DNA of 63,778 nucleotides, the filler included, from Octopus bimaculoides (Eukaryota): assembly GCF_001194135.2 (NCBI RefSeq). It is 7 parts of 7 records of this genome, joined end to end, with 100 filler letters (N's around TTAATTAATTAA, not from the genome) between each part and the next. Parts side by side here need not be neighbours in the genome. Positions count along the whole stretch, not along the records: positions 10,815 to 36,819 come from NC_068982.1; 6 more parts are not named here. The stretch is one strand, 5' to 3'. The notes under the pieces were generated by a model. It ran no database searches. It had not been told where the DNA came from and saw only the letters and a program-made list of their open reading frames with translations. The stretch's first letter is position 1. Each line of letters opens with the position of its first letter. Made by a program: the position numbers and the translations under genes. Positions 23,206-34,447 of this stretch are shown piece by piece.

Positions 23206-25119
23206 TCATCATTTCGAAGAAAGCTGTATAAGTTGAGGATAGTCGTACATACAGCAGATTCAGAAACGACACGACAGTAGCAATGCAATCATCGGTGTGA
23301 TTTAACAATAAATCATAAATGCAATTATGGTGATTAGCAGACAGATTTCGAATAGATTGATTGTTATAATCAACTGATTTCAAGAAGATGCAGGTTTAAT
23401 CTTGTTTGTTACGTCTCTATTGCAACAGTTTATTTGTTGTTTTTGTCCTTTTTACACTCCAATAATTGCAACTCTTGTAGAAACTGGTTCGCAAATAAAT
23501 AAATAAGTAAATAAATAAAACAACAGCAACAAGAACGAAACAAATATACAATGTTTAGTTGCTTAGCAATGATGTAATTTGCATATCAAACTTGTCTCAA
23601 ACATCGGTAGAAACATGTTAATGTCAACTGTGTTCCTCTGATTAGTCTTGGACCAAGTATTGGCAATAATTTCTCTTGTCAACTGTGATTCTTTGAATAA
23701 TAACCTATGATTACTCTCTCTCTTTCTCTCTCTCTCTCTCGCTCTCTCTCTCTCGCTTTCCCCACACACATACACATACTCTTTCTCCTCCTTTTACTCC
23801 TTCCCATTCTCTTCTTGCTCTCCTTCCTCCTCCTCCTCCTCTTCCCCTCTCTCTTTTTCTATCTGTCTATCTGTATATCTCTCTCCCTCTAGAATTGATT
23901 ACTTTATCCATCTCCCTTTCAGAAGCTGTTAAAGTAATGAAAACCATATTTAGATCTTATTCTCTTTATCATCTTTCATCACCCGCTACCAATTAATTAT
24001 TTTTTTTTTTCTCTTCTTTCGTCCTTTTCTTCCATGCTACTAATGTTTTATTTCTTGTTTGTTCGGATTTCATCAGCGAATAATCTAAAAATTTAAACAA
24101 CAACGGGAGGTGAAAGAATAATTAACACTTTAATCCATTCCCACCACTCACAGACCCAAAAGAAAGAAATAGAAATAAACGTGCATACACACACACACAC
24201 ACACACAGACACACACACACACACACACACACATGCATACATAAATATATGTGTGTGTGCATATAAATATATATATATATATATATACATACATATTACA
24301 GACAGGCGAGCGCACATTATACGTAAACATATTTTCTTTTTCAGATAATGGCTTTCCTTTTCTGCTTTTTTCTTTCACTTATTCACAACCGGAACTTTTC
24401 TCTATCCTATTTGTTTTGCTCTCATTCCCATCCCATTTTAATGGCCAAAATATACATTCGTTTCCGAACCACTGATAAAATATATCATTAGCCCATTCCT
24501 TTTGCGTCGTAGACTAATTTCATGATTGCATCAAATGTGTTGAACGGTGGCTGTGAGTAAAAAAAGGCTGGGCCAAAAAAGAAAAAAAAAAAAACCCCAA
24601 AAAATACCATAAAAATAACTTTTTAATTTTTCATTGTCGCCAAGAAGAAAATATTTTTGGCGAAATAAACAGATAAAAGCCAGTCGCTTTCCCTCAAAAC
24701 TCAATGGAACAAAATTTAGGATAAAGGAAATTCATGATGCCTGAACGATCAATTAATTGTGACTTTGACAACAANNNNNNNNNNNNNNNNNNNNNNNNNN
24801 NNNNNNNNNNNNNNNNNNNNNNNNNNNNNNNNNNNNNNNNNNNNNNNNNNNNNNNNNNNNNNNNNNNNNNNNNNNNNNNNNNNNNNNNNNNNNNNNNNNN
24901 NNNNNNNNNNNNNNNNNNNNNNNNNNNNNNNNNNNNNNNNNNNNNNNNNNNNNNNNNNNNNNNNNNNNNNNNNNNNNNNNNNNNNNNNNNNNNNNNNNNN
25001 NNNNNNNNNNNNNNNNNNNNNNNNNNNNNNNNNNNNNNNNNNNNNNNNNNNNNNNNNNNNNNNNNNNNNNNNNNNNNNNNNNNNNNNNNNNNNNNNNNNN
25101 NNNNNNNNNNNNNNNNNNN

Positions 25120-25506
25120 ACTCTTTTACTCTTTTACTTGTTTCAGTCATTTGACTGTGGCCATGCTGGAGCACCGCCTTTAGTCGAGAAAATCGACCCC
25201 AGGACTTATTCTTTGTAAGCCTAGTACTTATTCTATTGACACACCAGCATCGGTTGTCAAGCGATGTTGGGGGGACAAACACAGACACACAAACATATAC
25301 ACACACACATACACACACACACATATATATATGCATATATACGACGGGCTTCTTTCAGTTTCCGTCTACCAAATCCACTCACAAGGCTTTGGTCGGCCCG
25401 AAGCTATAGTAGAAGACACTTGACCAAGGTGTCACGCAGTGGGACTGAACCCGGAACCATATGGTTCGTAAGCAAGCTACTTACAACACAGCCACTCCTA
25501 CGCCTA
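25120..25506 (-). mobile_element. SINE family A, full length with a ~40-bp internal deletion
   Basis: Lacks the CGGTCTCTTTTGCCGAACCGCTAAGTTACGGGG segment present in other copies. Confidence 0.93.
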
Positions 25507-26214
25507 TACAATAAGTTTACACAATATCTAGGAGATAGGAAATTTTTGTACTACGTTCTTATATGTAATGAACAAATTACGTTTTTATATAACATGAAGA
25601 AGGAGGAGCTTAGCATGTCACTTATGCTAATGTCAATGTTACATTCTTAATGTATGTGTTTTGTTTATACGCTTACTAGCTGCAGAATTTCGCCCAGAGA
25701 ATGTCCCTTTAAGACGTCGAGCGTTAGAAAACACTGAATACCCCAAAACCAGGGGAAACGAATCGCTCCCTAAGTTAACGAGAATGATGCATATCCAAAT
25801 TTCCCTGTTATTTCAGCTCATCTGCACCGCACACCCGAGTCACTTCAAAACGAATTCGAATCGCTGCTCTGAGTTATATATACAGATAGATTTTACGCTA
25901 TTTGCATATATGAATACTTAAGCTAATGTCACCTTCGGAAGGTTTAAAATAACATAATCGATTTCTATATTCAGTTAAAGCATAAAACTAGATATATAAT
26001 AAATCTAGCTAGTTCTACGGTATCTTAAGTTTAGATTTATGTGATGTTAAGCAGGTGAGAAACAGACCTACACATGGTCACGGAAGTAATCAATCATTTA
26101 TAGCTTTATCGGAACGAAGTTGTAACAGATCTTGAAATCATGACCAGAAGGTTAATTGTTCACCATATCCAGTCGACCATTTCAGCTCTGTTGACTGCCT
26201 ACACGCTTGATTTT

Positions 26215-26246
<32 letters not shown>

Positions 26247-26356
26247 TGTATGTATGTATGTATGTATGTATGTATATTGAGGATCGTTAGCAAATACTCT
26301 GCTCCGACCGTTGAAGCGTGTCATAATGCATGCTAAGTTGTACCCTGCGTACTTAC

Positions 26357-26376
26357 CTTAAATGACATTGACAAAC
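26357..26376 (-). other. Candidate 20-nt microexon
   Basis: TTTTACAG|GTTTGTCAATGTCATTTAAG|GTAAGT; two of three frames open. Confidence 0.15.
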
Positions 26377-26448
26377 CTGTAAAACATCTCTCGGGTATCT
26401 GAGTGGGTGTATGTTTGCGTGTGCGTGTGTGTATGTGTGTGTGTATTA

Positions 26449-26480
<32 letters not shown>

Positions 26481-26485
26481 GTAAA

Positions 26486-26535
<50 letters not shown>

Positions 26536-26697
26536 ATTTGTTACAATATTTTACGAGACATCTTATGATGTGGTTTATTTTTCCGGGATACCCTATTGAA
26601 ATGTGCATAGGTTTGGCTTATTGTGGTTGTTTCTGTTATTATAATTGTTGCTGCAATAAAGTATCTTCAATGCATTGATTTTGAGCTCTATCCTTTA

Positions 26698-26731
<34 letters not shown>

Positions 26732-27534
26732 CTGTGTGTGTGCGTGCGCGTATTATTTCATTGGATACAAGACTATGTTCAAATTTTATCTTTTAATTTT
26801 ATATTTTTCCTATTTTCCTATTAGCTTTTTTTACAGTTGGTTTGAAACAGCAGAGATTCCAAGTCCACACTCGACGTTTTGGGATTTTCACAGTCTCATT
26901 TCAAGAATTGGATTTAGTGTTTGCAATTTTGTCTATATACTGACTGAATTCGTTTAGACTTTCTCGCCAGATGTTTTTTGACTGTTAGCATTATGCATCA
27001 GTAATCACAGTTGACTTGTTTGTCACGGTTAGATAGGTTTTTGTATCTTATTTCTTATGTCAGTAGTTACGTGATAATGGTTTGATGTTTGTGGCTGTGT
27101 TAATTTTGGCATCTTATTGTGATATGAGATCGGTTTCTGTTATGTCTCAAGCTACTGCTATCTAGCACCTTCGGATGATCTCTACTCAACCGCTACACAA
27201 CTGCTACTCGACTGCTACTCGACTGCTACTCAACACACCTACCACGGCCAGACTCCCTCTGTTTATATGTCTTGGGAGATCCTACTTCTTCGCCTGGGAG
27301 TGTCGACACAACCGTTTCCAAAATTGATCTTCAATTTTTGTGAGCTATTTTATAAAGTATATGTTTTCCTCCAGCATTTTCCAATTTAATTTCGTTTTGT
27401 AATGTGTCGGATATGCGATGCAATATTGTGCAGGATCGCTATGTTACAAGCGCATAGTAAATCTACATAAGAGTGTGGTACTGGTCTGTCCTTTGATAAA
27501 ATAATTCGGAATAATCAGCTTTCGACAATGCTTT

Positions 27535-27731
27535 CAAATTTAAGTCAACAATTTAGAGGAGGACAAAGTCGATCACAACGACTACAGTGATCAACTGGTA
27601 CTCATTTTATTGATCCGAAAGGGTGAAAGGCAAAGTGGCCCTCGGCTAAATTTAAACACAATGTGATGGGTTGGAAGAAATACCGGTAACCATTTTATCC
27701 GATACTCTAACAGTTCTGCTAGCTCGCCATT
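27535..27731 (-). mobile_element. SINE family B, diverged
   Basis: CAACTGGTACTCATTTTATTGATCCGAAAGGGTGAAAGGCAAAG...GCTAGCTCGCC. Confidence 0.8.
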
Positions 27732-27997
27732 TGAGAAGTTTGCTAATTTATACCTTCATTAGCATGAAACAATATACATTCGTGAATTTATGTGCATGAG
27801 CATAGGTACGAGTGTAAGATTGTCAACAAGTCGACGAAAGAGATGCGTAACTTATGCATATCTTTCTTGTTCTTTGAAGACTTTATAAAGGGATTTTTAA
27901 CTCGAAATATAAGGATTAATTGAATATTTCTAAGGTAACACTTAAATTTCTTTGTTATTGTTATTTATATTTACTGTTCTTAACATTTATTTTTCCT

Positions 27998-28210
27998 AAG
28001 GCGGCGAGCTGGCAGAACTGTTAGCTCATCCGGCAAAATGCTAGGCAGCATTTTGACCGTCCATATGTTCTGAGTTCTAATCCCGCCCAGGTCGACTTTT
28101 CCTTTCATCCTTTCAGGGTCGATAAAAGAAGAACCAGTTGAGTCGGTTTAATCGACTTAGCCCCTCCTCCGAAACTGCTGGTCTCGAGGAGCCAAAATTT
28201 GAAACCGATA
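27998..28210 (+). mobile_element. SINE family B
   Basis: AAGGCGGCGAGCTGGCAGAA head to CCAAAATTTGAAA tail. Confidence 0.88.
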
Positions 28211-28227
28211 TTTATCTTTCTTTATAA

Positions 28228-28326
28228 GCGCAGGAGTGGCTGTGTGGTAAGTAGCTTACTTACCAGCCACATAGTTTTGGGTTCAGTCCCACTGCGTGGC
28301 ACCTTGGGCAAGTGTCTTCTACTATA

Positions 28327-28400
<74 letters not shown>

Positions 28401-28974
28401 AGGTTTGGAGGTGATGTACAGAAATTATATAGAAAAAAATTAAAGTACTCAGAAATCTGGATGTTTGTACATTTACAGATTTTTATTAATGTCATATGTT
28501 TTATAAATTAAATAAAGCGCTTTTCACCTAATCGTGTAGGATTTTCAAATTGTTTTGAGCCAACCTTGCGGTGGGATCTCTTTATATAGTTTATTGAGTG
28601 TAGGGGTGGAGAGAGAGAGAGATATATGGGATAGTAAGAGAAGGTGAGGAATGGAGGGAAAAGTGAGAGAGAGTGTGTGTGTGTGTGTGTGAGTGTGTGT
28701 TCTTTTGTGTTGGTGTGTGTGTGTCTGTGTGTATGCGTGTGTGTGTCGATGGGAAAGAAAAAAGAAGAAAATTGGGTTCATAGTTGGTTAGTTCTTTTCA
28801 TGTTTGTATGTCTGTGTTTGTCTCCCTAACATCGTTTGACAACCGATGGTGGTGTGTTTACATCCCGTAACTTAGCGGTTCGGCAAAAGAGGCCAATAGA
28901 ATAAGTACTAGGCTTACAAAGAATAAGTCCTGGGGTCGATTTGTTCGACTAAAGGTGGTGCTCCAGCATGGCCG
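28228..28974 (+). mobile_element. SINE family A head (28228-28328) and 3' part (28790-28974) separated by microsatellite-rich DNA
   Basis: Both parts match family A. Confidence 0.85.
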
Positions 28975-28984
28975 NNNNNNNNNN

Positions 28985-29029
<45 letters not shown>

Positions 29030-29864
29030 GTAGGTATGTATACACACACATTTGAAAGAATTCTGTGAAATAGCATATTTACTTAATTTGTAGAAGAGAT
29101 GTGTGGAATCCGGTTCAACAAATAAAATTTGCGTTTAAATGCAAAATATCTTAACAAAACCAACAGTGGTAAATCCCAAATTGAGTGATAAATTGACACA
29201 TTTTCCCGAGTTACATATAAATAATTAAACTCAAGGAATCCAATTATCATAATATTTGTTTCTGTTGACATTTCTCATAGATAGTCTATTTTAAGGAACT
29301 AAAAATATAATGACGTGAGTTCAATGCATCTCCAAAATATTTTCTCTTGATCCCGTCGAAAGTACGACTCAGATGGTTCACTCTTCACACATTGGATCAA
29401 AGCAACACAGTCTAAAGTAAGTTATCAATTGAGATGAGATTGAACGGTAACAAGACTGATGACAGCGCAGTTTTAAGTGATGTTTGCTCAAATTAAACAG
29501 AGTTCGGTGTAATTGGGCTTCTATTGACAAACACTGTAATCACTCCTACAGAAGCCAGCTTTAATTTTAAGTTCATCTGGAATGTGCGTACATTTTGTAA
29601 TGAAAACACACACACACACAGACATACATATACAGAGGCATACACGCTACAAACACATGTATGAATATGAATGTGTGTTGGGATAATTTCATATAATGAT
29701 GAATTTAAATTGTCAAATATATAAAAGCCAAAACGCCCAGATTGCATTCAATTTAACAGATATTATGCACACACACGCACACATACACACACATACATAC
29801 TCACATACTTATACGCATCTATGTGTGTGCATGTATGCATATATATATGTATGTATATGTATGT

Positions 29865-29920
<56 letters not shown>

Positions 29921-30048
29921 ATAACAGCAAACAAAACCATAAATTTTACGTAGTTTATAATTTAATAGTGATCAACAGCTGTTTCAATAGCATAAATAAT
30001 TATTATATAATTACGTAATTAAAAGACATAATTTAGAAGTCGTAATTT

Positions 30049-30165
30049 AGAATAAGTACTGGGCTTACAAAGAATAAGTCCAGGGGTCGATTTGTTCGAC
30101 TAAAGGCGGTGCTCCAGAATGGCCGCAGTCAAATGACTGAAACAAGTAAAAGAGTAAAAGAGAGA
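30049..30165 (+). mobile_element. SINE family A 3' end
   Basis: AGAATAAGTACTGGGCTTACAAAG...GTAAAAGAGTAAAAGAG. Confidence 0.9.
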
Positions 30166-30249
30166 GTATATATACATATATGTGTGGAGGGGTGTATACA
30201 TACACATTTATGCGATTTGGTTGCTCTTTCTTGGCTTATGTTACACAAT

Positions 30250-30583
30250 AGTGAAGGCGCGTGGCTTAGTTGTTAGGGCATTCGGATCACGATCGGAAGG
30301 TCGTGAGTTCGATTCCCGGAGACGCGTTGTGTATTTGAGCAAGACACTTTATTTCACGTCGCTCCAGTCCACTCAGCTGGCAAAAATGAGTAGTACCTGT
30401 ATTTCAAAGGGCCGGCCTTGTCACGCACTGTGTCACGTTGAGTCTCCCTGATAACTACGTTAGGGGTACACGTGTCCGTGGATTGCTCAGTCACTTGCAG
30501 GTTAATTTCATGAGCAGGCTGTTCCGTTGATCGTATCAACTGGGACCCTCGTCGTCGTAACCGACGGAGTGCTCCTTCTTTTT
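30250..30583 (+). mobile_element. SINE family C, complete, with 14-bp target-site duplication
   Basis: tRNA-like head (TGGCTTAGTTGTTAG A-box, GAGTTCGATTCC B-box), CORE/Meta-like GAGCAAGACACTTT...CTCCAGTCCACTCAGCTG; TSD TTATGTTACACAAT at 30236-30249 and 30584-30597. Confidence 0.95.
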
Positions 30584-30635
30584 TTATGTTACACAATGGT
30601 ATTGCTCAGTGACATTTAATATTGTATATCTCATT

Positions 30636-30795
30636 AAGGCGGCGAGCTGGTTAAATCGTTCGCCTGCCGGTTAAAATGTGTAGGGGGAATTCGTCCGTCT
30701 TTATGTTCTGAGTTTAAATTCTACCGAGGTCTACTTCGCCTTCCATCTTTAGGGTTGATAAAATAAGTCCCAGCTGAGCACTGAGGTCGATGCAA
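30636..30795 (+). mobile_element. SINE family B, diverged
   Basis: AAGGCGGCGAGCTGG head and GTTCTGAGTTTAAATTC. Confidence 0.8.
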
Positions 30796-30849
30796 TCTTA
30801 TTACATAGCATGGTTAGCCATGTGTTTCTATGCTTTGATATATGGACTT

Positions 30850-31180
30850 GGTATATCATTAAGGCCAGCAGCTTCTTTACAGAAAGTACAGCTAGCGTCA
30901 CCCACGAACAAGTATAGTTTGGTAATATGTGCCACATTTTCGCTTATTGTTTTAGGTGCCTTTGTAGATGCGAGCATAGACATAGAAACGTCCTTAGCGG
31001 CACATTCAGGGTATGACATCTGGAAGGGGAGAAGGCTGCATCAACATTCCGCTGGTTCTCATGACTGCTGAGTTGAGTGGAACTACGTCAAATGAAGCGC
31101 CTTGTCTGACAATCCAGGAATTGAACTCACGATATATTGGTCATGAAGTCAGACACCTTGACCACTTGGCCACGCATCTT
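30850..31180 (-). mobile_element. Old SINE family C-related copy
   Basis: Reverse complement gives GCGTGGCCAAGTGGTCAAGG...GTGAGTTCAATTCC...CAAGGCGCTT...CCACTCAACTCAGCAG. Confidence 0.6.
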
Positions 31181-31749
31181 AACAATTTCCTTGTGCAATA
31201 TTCAAATTAATTTTGATGCTTTCTTAATACCTATCACGCCAGCTAATCGATTAGGTTGCTACACTATCTTTCAAATCACATTCTACCAACATTAAAAAAA
31301 AAAAGTATTATGGTCACACTGGATTGTCGTTTGCGATAAACTGTCTGGAAAGATAGGCTGGTCACTACTGAAACCCTTTGGTCATAGATATGCTCAGTAA
31401 TTACGGATATGGGGCTAAAGAGTAGCAATGCGTTTTTCTGGTTTCTGAGACTTCTATTTTCTTATTGTAACTTATAGTTGTTCTTTTTTCAGTCTTCTCT
31501 TTCTAAATTCACTGTTTTATTGTCATCAGACCTTTCCACTCCCATTCTTTTGATAAAATTCACTCTGTAAACAACGAAATCATAACTATATATGTACACA
31601 AGTTTCCCTTAACAAGGATTTTGTTTCATTAACACGGACCGAGGAATTGGATTTTTTTTAACAATTATAATGATTAATTGATAATACCTAATAATGCCAA
31701 GACACAGTAAAAACTGTAAATAACGATTAGTCCTAAATGTAAAGCTTAC

Positions 31750-32288
31750 CTCCTTTGTTGAAAATGAAGCTCACTTTCCTTTGCCGACAATCTGCCATCA
31801 GAAATATCTATTTTCTTTAAAAAACAGCGAGGATTTTTCAAAACATTCCAATGAAACCTATATCAATTTGGTTTATATACTACTTTAAAACAGTTGGTTA
31901 GTTTATAAATAAAGAACTCGGAGCTATGCCCTATCTTGAAATGTATACTTTCAACTGGTTTTGCAGTGGAAAGGATTCTGACACCAAGCGAGTAAGCAAT
32001 AAAAATATCAATATTAAATAAACGTGCTCTGCGGTTTCCTGCTATTATAAAAGAACGAGATGAATGGATTTCTTGCGAAATGAGATGATTGCTGTAAGGA
32101 TTGGCCGTTACTATAAAGTCTTGCTTTAAACCACATGGAAGCTTATTCATGAAATTTATTAGACTTTGCTCACATAAGTGTGAACGTAATTCTAAACAGA
32201 ATATAACTGATAATTTGTACTCTTGTGAAATAGTTTGAAATTTAAACGGTAAATTATTGAGTAAATATGTTGACAGGAGAAGGGCCAT
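31750..32288 (-). CDS. Candidate first coding exon or pseudo-exon: 179 codons with one in-frame TGA (31863-31865), product unknown
   Basis: CAAAAATGG start context, non-repetitive open frame, ends exactly at GAG|GTAAGC donor; no homology recognised. Confidence 0.3.
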
Positions 32289-32347
32289 TTTTGTGAAAGG
32301 AAAATGAAAAGAAAAAAGAAGACAAACCAAAAGAAAAAAAAGACAGA

Positions 32348-32376
32348 GACTGTCGGTGAAAATGTCTGTTTATATA
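32348..32376 (-). promoter_or_regulatory. Putative TATA box and Inr-like motif
   Basis: TATATAAA (32376-32369) about 25 nt upstream of CAGTC, ~60 nt before the ATG; such motifs are common by chance in AT-rich DNA. Confidence 0.2.
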
Positions 32377-32609
32377 GGCCTAGACTTCAGATTTATATGA
32401 GAAGGAAAATAACATGCTGTGAAGTTCGCAAGTCTTCTTAGAGCGTTAGCTGTGTCAGAGAAAATAACTGGGAACTGGAATTGATTTACAGCATCTCAAC
32501 GAAGCCATAATGAAAACAAAAAGGTTTCCTTCGTTATTTTTTTTCCGTAAATCAGCGTTATTTTTGATAGGACATTCAATCTCTTAGACTAAACACAAGG
32601 TCTCATACG

Positions 32610-32829
32610 TACTATGGGGTGCTGAAAAGTTCCTGGCTTTAAGAATATCGCGAAATGCCTGACTGGAGGGTCAGCCTTCCGAGTTCTTTTACAGGACTTA
32701 GAAAAACTGTAAGACTTCTGCAATAAGTGTGTGAATCTGAGAGGGGAATATGCTGGGTAAAATCATAACTGATCCTTCTGTATTTTCTTTTACCCAAAGC
32801 CAGGATTTCCAGTCCCCACCAACTCGTAT
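32610..32829 (+). mobile_element. Mariner-derived MITE
   Basis: TIRs GGGGTGCTGAAAAGTTCCTGGCTTT / AAAGCCAGGA...CCCC...CTCGTA; internal transposase C-terminus FYRT*KNCKTSAISV / CNKCVNLRGEYAG-like. Confidence 0.8.
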
Positions 32830-32854
32830 ATCCATTTATACACACACGCACGCA

Positions 32855-32916
<62 letters not shown>

Positions 32917-33354
32917 TGTGAGAGATGTTTGATTGATTCATAACCAAAGATCGAAACTTGAACCTTCTCGATCTTCTCTTTTGTTTTCTAATTATGCACT
33001 TAAAATCCATTTGTTTAACCTGTCAGAAAAAAATTTGTTGTTAACTTAGGTGAAACAGAAGTGAGCTTAGGTAAACCTCCATTGGATCGAAGCTAATTCA
33101 ACTTCGATCCTGGCTCATATAATGACGACCCCCGAGAGAGATAGGTACCTCTTAGTCAAAGATAACATTTCGTTCTCAACTAAAAAGCTTCTCACATTAG
33201 AACCTTGAATTTTTTACCTTCCTCATGCTTATTAGCAGGATACCGTAGAGATACTGGACAAAAGAAATTTACTGTGGAGACGTCGTTAATTCCAATACGA
33301 TATTTTGCGTTTTTTGCGATTCGTTGCTTCAGCTAAATATTAATAATACTAATA

Positions 33355-33532
33355 ATACTTTCTACTATATACACGAGGTCTGAAATTTGGGGGAGGGGGA
33401 TAGTCGAATATATCGACCCCAGTGTTTCACTTGTACTTAATTTATCGACCCCGAAAGGATAAAAGGCAAAGTCGACCTCGGCGAAATTTAAAACTCAGAA
33501 CGTAGCGGTAGGCAAAATGCGGCTCGCCGCCT
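33355..33532 (-). mobile_element. SINE family B
   Basis: TTTATCGACCCCGAAAGGATAAAAGGCAAAGTCGACCTCGGCG. Confidence 0.9.
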
Positions 33533-34087
33533 CAATATAGTTACATTAGAAGTGGAAGTATTTCCGTTTCAAAGTTTTGAGCGGTAATTAATAGGCAAAA
33601 AGCAATTTTTATTCGATTAAAGGTCGTGTGCCACACACTACTGCTTAACTCATATATTCAAAAGAAATCGACAAAACTGGAAATTCTACCACAAGTCGTG
33701 TAGTTGTCTGATTTTGTTTTCTTTTTTCATGAGTTTATAGAAAAGATCTGGACCCCGCATTTGTTTTTTCATAAAAATTATTATCGAATAAAAAATGATT
33801 TTCGCCTATCAGTTACCACTCAAAAACTTTCTTAAATAACTTTAAATATTTAAAATTAAATTTTAAAGCATTAAAATGAACGAATGGATGAAAACTTTAT
33901 TTTTTAATCACACACACACACATACACACACACACAAACACACACACAAACACACACACAAAATTTCCGGTTTCTTGTTTTCACCCTATGTGTGAAACTG
34001 TCAAGAAAACTCTGGGATCACATGACTGAATTCAAGTCTTCAGAAGGGATCAAAAATACTCTCTCCATTGGTCAAATCTTTTTAGAT

Positions 34088-34447
34088 AGCAAGCGTGGGT
34101 GTGTGGTAAGAAGTTTGCTTCCCAACCACATGGTTCCAGGTCCAGTCTTTTATTAGTATCTTCTACTATAGTCTTGGGCCGACTAAAACATTTTAAGTGA
34201 ACTCGATAGAGGGAAACTGAAAAAAAAAACCCCAAAAAACTCGTCGTCTCTGCACCAACGCTTGACAACCGGCGTTGGTGTGTTTACGTTCCCGTAACTT
34301 AGTAGTTCGGCACGAGAGACCAAAAGAATAAGCACCGGGCTTTAAAAAAAGTACTGGGGTAGATTCATTAGAGTAAAAATTATTTAAGGTGGTGCCCCAG
34401 CATGGCCACAGTCTAATGATTGAAACAAATAGAAGATAAAAGATAAA
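34088..34447 (+). mobile_element. SINE family A, diverged full length
   Basis: Head, body and AAGATAAAAGATAAAA tail. Confidence 0.88.

Noticed and set aside
22822-23383. Histidine-rich or acidic protein ORFs
   Set aside because: Compound CAT/CAC/CGT microsatellite open in most frames; no unique coding flanks or splice support.
25675-25920. ACTAGC start suggesting a Helitron end; 86-aa ORF
   Set aside because: No convincing terminal hairpin, and the ORF has no recognisable domain.
27182-27233. Five copies of an 11-bp CTGCTACTCGA repeat
   Set aside because: Real but tiny; looks like ordinary slippage with no associated structure I can support.
30790-31071. 93-aa hydrophobic ORF
   Set aside because: Overlaps the antisense of an old SINE C-related copy.
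33095-33125. GATCCTGGCTCA resembling the 16S rRNA 5' end
   Set aside because: Only ~12 nt match; the following sequence is not rRNA.
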